Source: Tubiluchus corallicola (lineage: Eukaryota; Animalia; Priapulida). From it: a stretch of DNA of 64,000 nt. Shown here in pieces: positions 58,167 to 64,000 of this stretch (position 1 is the first letter of the stretch; every line of letters begins with the position of its first letter). The notes beneath the pieces are model-generated. The model was not told the DNA's origin. It saw nothing but the letters and a program-made list of their open reading frames with translations, and searched no databases. The stretch spans positions 744,001-808,000 of the forward strand of contig JAQGDQ010000041.1 in NCBI GenBank assembly GCA_030141605.1, read 5' to 3'. Made by a program: the position numbers and the translations under genes.

Positions 58167-59056
58167 GCGTTCAACTAATTAATCAATGTAGCACTCATGG
58201 TTGTGCACAACCATCGCTAGTTGTGGGCGCATATTGTCTAGGGATTACGTATACAAAATCTATGGTAACACTGCTTTTCATAAATTGAATTGAATTATCG
58301 CGTGAGTAATTTTGACTCTTTATAAAACATAGTAATCTTAAAATAATAATCTTAAAAATGATTATTTGTTTGTTGTTTACTTCTTAAAAATGATAATCTA
58401 TAGCAAGCAGGTAGTCAAGTAAACATGCATGAATTTTAGCTTCTTATAAAGGAAGGTGGAATCGTATGTATATAGATGAAAAAAATAATAGTAATTACAC
58501 AATCTGCTTAAAAAATTATTTATCAACAAAAAAGTCAGAAGTTAACAAGCTCAATTTTAATAAGATAGTTTGAAAGCCCAACAAGTTCTACTCCCAAAAG
58601 ATTCCAGTGTTCTAACACTACATGCAGCAATGACAAACAAACTGAAACATAAAGGCAATTGTCTGACTATGAATACTTTCTATTTAGTTTTAGACTATTG
58701 AAATGATTTTGGCAATGATTAGGTGCACTGTTGGAAGAAGTTTTATTGATATAATTCACCACCGTCACCAGAGAACATACTATCCGCTCTACGCTTGAAC
58801 TACACTCTCTGCTGTCACCAATGCCATTTCAATAGTGCGTAGTATTGGGCAGCACAGCACTTTATCATTAAACTTTGCCAAATATTAACCCCATAATAAT
58901 GTATAAATACACATAGCTACAATAATAATTATTAAGCCAACTATTATAACAATCAGACACTTTCAAGGAAATTTTTAAAAAGATATTAAGAAGTGCAATG
59001 ATTACCACAAGTTGGAACTTGTCAGAGCAATCCTGCAAAATATGCAGTCAATCTTT

Positions 59057-59134
59057 GCACATGCACATGCACGCGGCACACACGCACGCACGCACACACA
59101 CACACACACAAACAAACACGCACACATACACACA
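59057..59134. repeat. (CA)n/(GCAC)n microsatellite
   Basis: Visible run. Confidence 0.9.
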
Positions 59135-61500
59135 CTAAAAAGTAATATTTAACAGCCATATTTAAAATCCTAAATAGAATGACAGTCCGATGTTTAAAAA
59201 AAGAACACAGGAAAAAAACATTTTGTTAATCCACATTAAATAAATAAAGATTATATTATAAAAACATTAAATACAGTAGTCACTACTTTAACAACCATTA
59301 ATATGCTCTCATAGTTATTGGGAGAAGTTTTATGGATGAGAACAAAAACCAATTTCAGGATAATTGAAACCATCTAATTATTCTTGAAAGAAAGTAACAA
59401 TGGTACATTCAAATGCAGAAATTAATATCAATGACAAGATAAGACTGTCTTCAAATGAAACCAGTTTCATAACTTTAAACTATGTACATGATGTTAGCAA
59501 AGTGAAACAAGTTCATTGACTGTAAAACAGTCTTTGGAATAATTTAAATAGTTAGTGAAATCATCACAGTAAACTAATAAACCAATCCATTTATACTTCT
59601 TAATAAATAATGGAATAACTAGAAAGTGTGTAAGCAAGAGGTTCTGGGGTTTGAATCCTGGCTAGCCATAATCTTTTTACAATAAATTAGCCGTTAGTTT
59701 AATGACTGATTATATATAAAACGATTGGTTTTTTTGTACTGTACGTATCTTATGGTTTCAGAGATGAAATTAAGAAACAGTATAACAAAACCAATACTTT
59801 ATATTTGACTTAGATTTCACCTAGTGAGTTTTATATTTTAATTATAATCTGTCTGCATGAATAATAAACTGACAAGTTAAGTAGTAATCATTCACTATTA
59901 ATACACAAAGAACCATCAGCTTGTCAAAATCAATTTCACTAAACCAAAACTAATTTCATGATAATTGAAGACTACTTACTTATTCTTGAAAGAAAGTAAC
60001 AATGGTACATTCAAATGCAAAAATTAAGATCATTGATAAGATAAGATAGTCACTTGGCTGTATACATTTTCCATTAACAGAACAGTACTCTTGGGATGAA
60101 TTATAGTAGTTTTTTTTTACTAATCTACAAGATTTGCAGGCCGAACTTTGTAAAGCAAAGTCAGCCTTCGATTGTTTGACTACTTGAGATTTAATGCAAA
60201 TTGAATTTGTATGAGTACTAAAGTTGCACACTAGTGGTGCTCATAAGGCACTTAGCAATGGAGAGCTTCAGTTACAGTCAAACAGCAAAAAATTGTGGTT
60301 CTGAAATGTGTCACTACAGTGATTGTCACTCACAATCACAATCACACCCAGTACATTTTGCTACAATTCCTGACTCTACGGATGAATTTCTAAAGAATTC
60401 AAATAATTTAAATTCTTTAGACATCAGGAGATGAGGCAAAACACACAAACTAAAGTACACGTTTGGTGCTACCTATTCGAAATTATGCAAACCTGTTGAC
60501 AATGACTATCAAAAATCTACAGTCTGTTTGTGACTGCAAAAAGTGCTCTAGAGTACAAATGAAACTAGTCTACATCCTGACTGTAAGACGTCTGTTCCAC
60601 TTTGTGATTGTAATGGAAACTCTCTATTGTGAAAAATTTGCCGGATTATCTACTGCACTGGCACAATAAATGTATAACTAGTATCAGCTGTACTAGCTTT
60701 CATTGAAGGTATTTTTACGGAAGTTTACCAGCCCCGCCCAATGTCTACAGCTTCAATGATAAGTATATTGGTCAGCAATAACAAGCAACAAGCAACTGTT
60801 ATCACGCCAATTTTTCACTGCAGAACGCACATACCTGCATTTGAAAACATGTAGAAATGCAAGTTTCAAAAAAATGATAGCTACAAAGTGCCTTGTAATT
60901 CTATATCATCTCGTAAGTCATCAGTAGTCATAAATGATAAATTTTAAATTATCACAGTATCATTAATCAATCATATTATGTCAGACAAGTTACTTATCAC
61001 ATCATATCTTATTAGTAGACATCATACTCTCCACATTATACAGCTGAAAACTGGAACAATACTTCCACTCACGGTGCTCTAAGAAGTGTCCCTCAAAACA
61101 AGTAATGTTCCGTTAAACATTTCTTACATATGAAATCTATCTATGTGAGATCTTTGTTTGTGCTTTTTGTTGGTTCAATAAACTCAAGGACAATATTAAT
61201 AAGCTGGCTAACTTCTAGCAATCTTAAAACGTCCTATTACATATAAATCTTTGTAGCTTAATACTTGCGGTCATTCTATCTCAAGTAACAATATGTACAA
61301 ACAATTACGATTAACTTTGAAAAGCACCAGTACAAAATACTTTTTTTTTATTTTCGGTAAAATGAAATTGATAATTTTAAATATGCTCTGTCCAGCTATG
61401 GATCGTCTGTTTAGTTAATGCGTCAGCCAGTATCATAGATATAGCGACTGAAGGGCTGTACTTGAGTTCGCCTAATACGATTTAATCAGATTAAAAGTGT

Positions 61501-62343
61501 CTACGGTACTTTGCGTTGGGTAGTTGGGAATAAACTGAAAAGCTTATCATAATCAAAAGAATCCCGTTTTCTAGCTGCAACTTCCCATTCCAAAATTACT
61601 TCAGGAATGATTACATCCAACTGCTTTTTAATTGTCTCCACTTCAGATATTAAGTCACTGGGATACAAAAACGATGATTCCCTGACCGATAGCCTGTGAT
61701 CTTGCACCTGTTTCGAAATATGACCACTAATGAAACTGGTGGCAACCTGATTGGCAGACACAAAAGTGCATTTTGTTTCGGGCCTTCTCAAATCTGATGG
61801 AAAAGACTGGTGGTCACCAATTTGCAATTCTGCTTGACGAACTGGAGCAGTCTCTGTAGTTGTGAGTTCAGGCACATCTAATATGGTTGGCTGTAAGCTT
61901 TGCAAATTTTGCTCCTCCACTTTCTTTAGGTGAGACTTTCCTGCATAATGAGTTTCTGCTACTTTATCACTGGTCAGAACAAGCTCACACAATTTACAAT
62001 ATCTTAAATTCTCGTCTTTAATATCTGTGATAAATCTAGAACAAGGGAGACAGCTTAAGTTATGATGCAACTGATCGTAAGAAATCGACGGATCAGTTAC
62101 TTGGTAAAAGGTTTCTATCTCCCGTTTCTGTTTTTCAGCTGCTTTATGAAATTGACCCCGATAGTGTTCTCCTGCATTGGCTTGTCCTGACAAACAAATT
62201 TGGCACAGTTTACAAAAAGTCACTAAATATTGCCCATTTTCTGAAGACACACAATTGCTGGTCGATAACGTCGACTCATTCTTGTTCTCCGTACTCGCTA
62301 ATGCAGTATTTGTCATTGTTATCTGATCCACTGAACTCACAGC
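61501..62343 (-). CDS. Probable terminal exon of a matrin/U1-type (zf-met) dsRNA-binding zinc-finger protein, ZMAT/ZNF346/ZNF385-like
   Basis: Two C-x2-C-x12-H-x5-H fingers: CKLCQICLSGQANAGEHYRGQFH and CKLCELVLTSDKVAETHYAGKSH. Acceptor tttcaag just upstream of 62343, so the Met shown in the track is intronic. Confidence 0.82.
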   Translation of the reverse strand, partial: AVSSVDQITMTNTALASTENKNESTLSTSNCVSSENGQYLVTFCKLCQICLSGQANAGEHYRGQFHKAAEKQKREIETFYQVTDPSISYDQLHHNLSCLPCSRFITDIKDENLRYCKLCELVLTSDKVAETHYAGKSHLKKVEEQNLQSLQPTILDVPELTTTETAPVRQAELQIGDHQSFPSDLRRPETKCTFVSANQVATSFISGHISKQVQDHRLSVRESSFLYPSDLISEVETIKKQLDVIIPEVILEWEVAARKRDSFDYDKLFSLFPTTQRKVP

Positions 62344-62368
62344 CTTGAAAATAAACAAATACATCTTG

Positions 62369-62568
62369 AAAGCTAGAATGTTATGATTACATTTTTAGAA
62401 AAACTGTTTAGATTTTTTTCTACAAAGTTATACATGGAAAGAGATTGCATAACATATTTTCACACTAAAGCTAGAAAGTTATGATTACATTTTTAGAAAA
62501 ACTGTTTAGATTTTTTTCTACAAAGTTATACATACAAAGAGATTGCATAACATATTTTCACACTAAAG
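62369..62568. repeat. Tandem duplication, 2 x ~99 bp, intronic
   Basis: aaagctagaa(t/a)gttatgattacatttttag...cacactaaag occurs twice. Confidence 0.92.
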
Positions 62569-62800
62569 AAACGTGCAAACTTCAAACAATGAAAAACAAA
62601 ATTTATCTGTTCACCATATATACCTATTTTAACAGTTTCAGTTTATTATAGTAATTCCATGGCAATTTATCATACAAAAAGCTGACACTTGTACCCTTTG
62701 TTAATGGCTTATCACAAAATTAAAGCAACAAACTTAATTCAATGCAGGTTAATATGCTGCCAAAAAATACAAAGCAAAAATTTTGTGGTCTGAAACTCAC

Positions 62801-62944
62801 TACTTTGTTAGCAAGTTTAGCAGCTATATAATTCTCCTCATCAGTAACCAAAGGTAAAGGCGACAATTTATCAGCAGCACCGCCTGAACTAGCAGGTAAT
62901 TCTGGCGAATCCTTCAGTTTCGTAAAAAGTGATGTTTCGCTGGG
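62801..62944 (-). CDS. Upstream exon of the zinc-finger gene (gene continues beyond the window)
   Basis: tttctag|CCC...GTA|gtgagt, 144 nt open frame PSETSLFTKLKDSPELPASSGG...AKLANKV; phase 0-0 matches the next exon. Confidence 0.68.
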
Positions 62945-64000
62945 CTAGAAAGAAACCATTAAACAGTAAATAAAAATTGTATTTTTAAAGTATTTGCCAC
63001 CTATAAACAATCTGGCAGTAAGGGAATGGAGCAACTTTCCTAGTTTCATGGAACTAGTTATCATGGGTAGAAATCCCCTAAAGAAATTTCCTGAATCTAC
63101 CTAAATAACTTGATCCAATCAAATAGAAAATTCCCTAGGTACTCCTGGACTTAATGAATTTTTTTTGGGCAAGAAAAGATACCAGTATACAGCTTATACA
63201 ATTAGCACTAAACAAATGCAGATGTAGGTTACTTTATTCTGCTGTAATAATCAGATGTCTAATATTTTATTAGCTTTTAGATGCACTGCATTTTGGCTCA
63301 ATAATAATTATTAAACTTGTTGTTTCAATTCTATAACAACTTCCATAATGAAAAAATTAATATGCATCTACAATTGGTTAAATGATATGCCATTTGCCAA
63401 CCACTCCAAAGCTGTACCAAATTTTAAGTGCTAAACGCCTAATGCCATACACAAATTTTAATGCCTAGTGCCTTCCTTCAGGAAGTGAAGCATGAGGAAA
63501 GCAGACAACACCACGGAGTTTAGTGAAAAATGTCAATGGCTTGCATTAGATTTTTAAAACTGGAGAGAAGTAACAGCAAGGAAATGCGTTAAAAACAAAA
63601 AACTTAAGTAAAGTTTAATCTTGACATTTCAATAGTGTAACAAATTAATTACCACTACTAAGAGACTATACATAACAGACTAATACACTAATAAACTTTG
63701 ACAGAATTTGAGGAAGCAAAACAGAACTTTTGCTTATTGATATCAAAAATGAATTTTAGAATTACGTTGAAGCTAGTAAGTAAGGCATCTTAAACTTTTA
63801 TCATTCCTCACAGCATGGTGCTACACTTAATGTAAACTGCACCCACACTGCTTTGAATGAATACCTTTTCCAGCAGTTTCTTTTACTACGAATATAGATG
63901 TGATAATATTTCTATAGAAATAAATTTTGCTTTGAATACAAAGCTTCACCTAACATTAAAAAAAGACAGAAATATTATGTACAAAAATAATCCAATTACG

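Noticed and set aside
59630-59670. tRNA-like B-box (ggtttgaatcc...cca)
   Set aside because: No 5' half or cloverleaf; at most a SINE scrap
59980-60669. Cluster of short Cys/Ser-rich ORFs on both strands
   Set aside because: Multiple stops, no domain signature, no consistent exon chain
63865-63911. Candidate further zinc-finger-gene exon (tatag|...AAG|gtattc)
   Set aside because: The frame needed to join the next exon contains a TAG

Overview
This is AT-rich animal (invertebrate-like, probably bilaterian) genomic DNA with spliceosomal introns; most short ORFs in the supplied track are spurious. I reconstructed three genes by hand from GT-AG splice sites and reading-frame phase. (1) A complete 14-coding-exon TDRKH/Papi piRNA-pathway gene on + (4273-17694, about 761 aa): N-terminal membrane anchor, 2 KH domains, extended Tudor domain and an unusually long acidic tail. 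(2) A complete 8-exon G-alpha-q gene on - (55939-22556, 354 aa, C-terminus EYNLV), convergent with TDRKH, with a 15-kb second intron. (3) The 3' part of a matrin/U1-type dsRNA-binding zinc-finger gene on - (62944-61501). A possible 12-codon first exon of a fourth gene points out of the window on the left. Introns and spacers hold many decayed mobile elements: a Foldback/Phantom-like MULE with modular TIR arrays, LINE remnants, an Academ transposase relic, Tc2/pogo and Tc1/maT derivatives, a hAT-like MITE with a 6-bp TSD, HINE-like repeats and a 5S-derived SINE head. I found no clearly new biological system; the findings are gene-structure oddities and TE relics.
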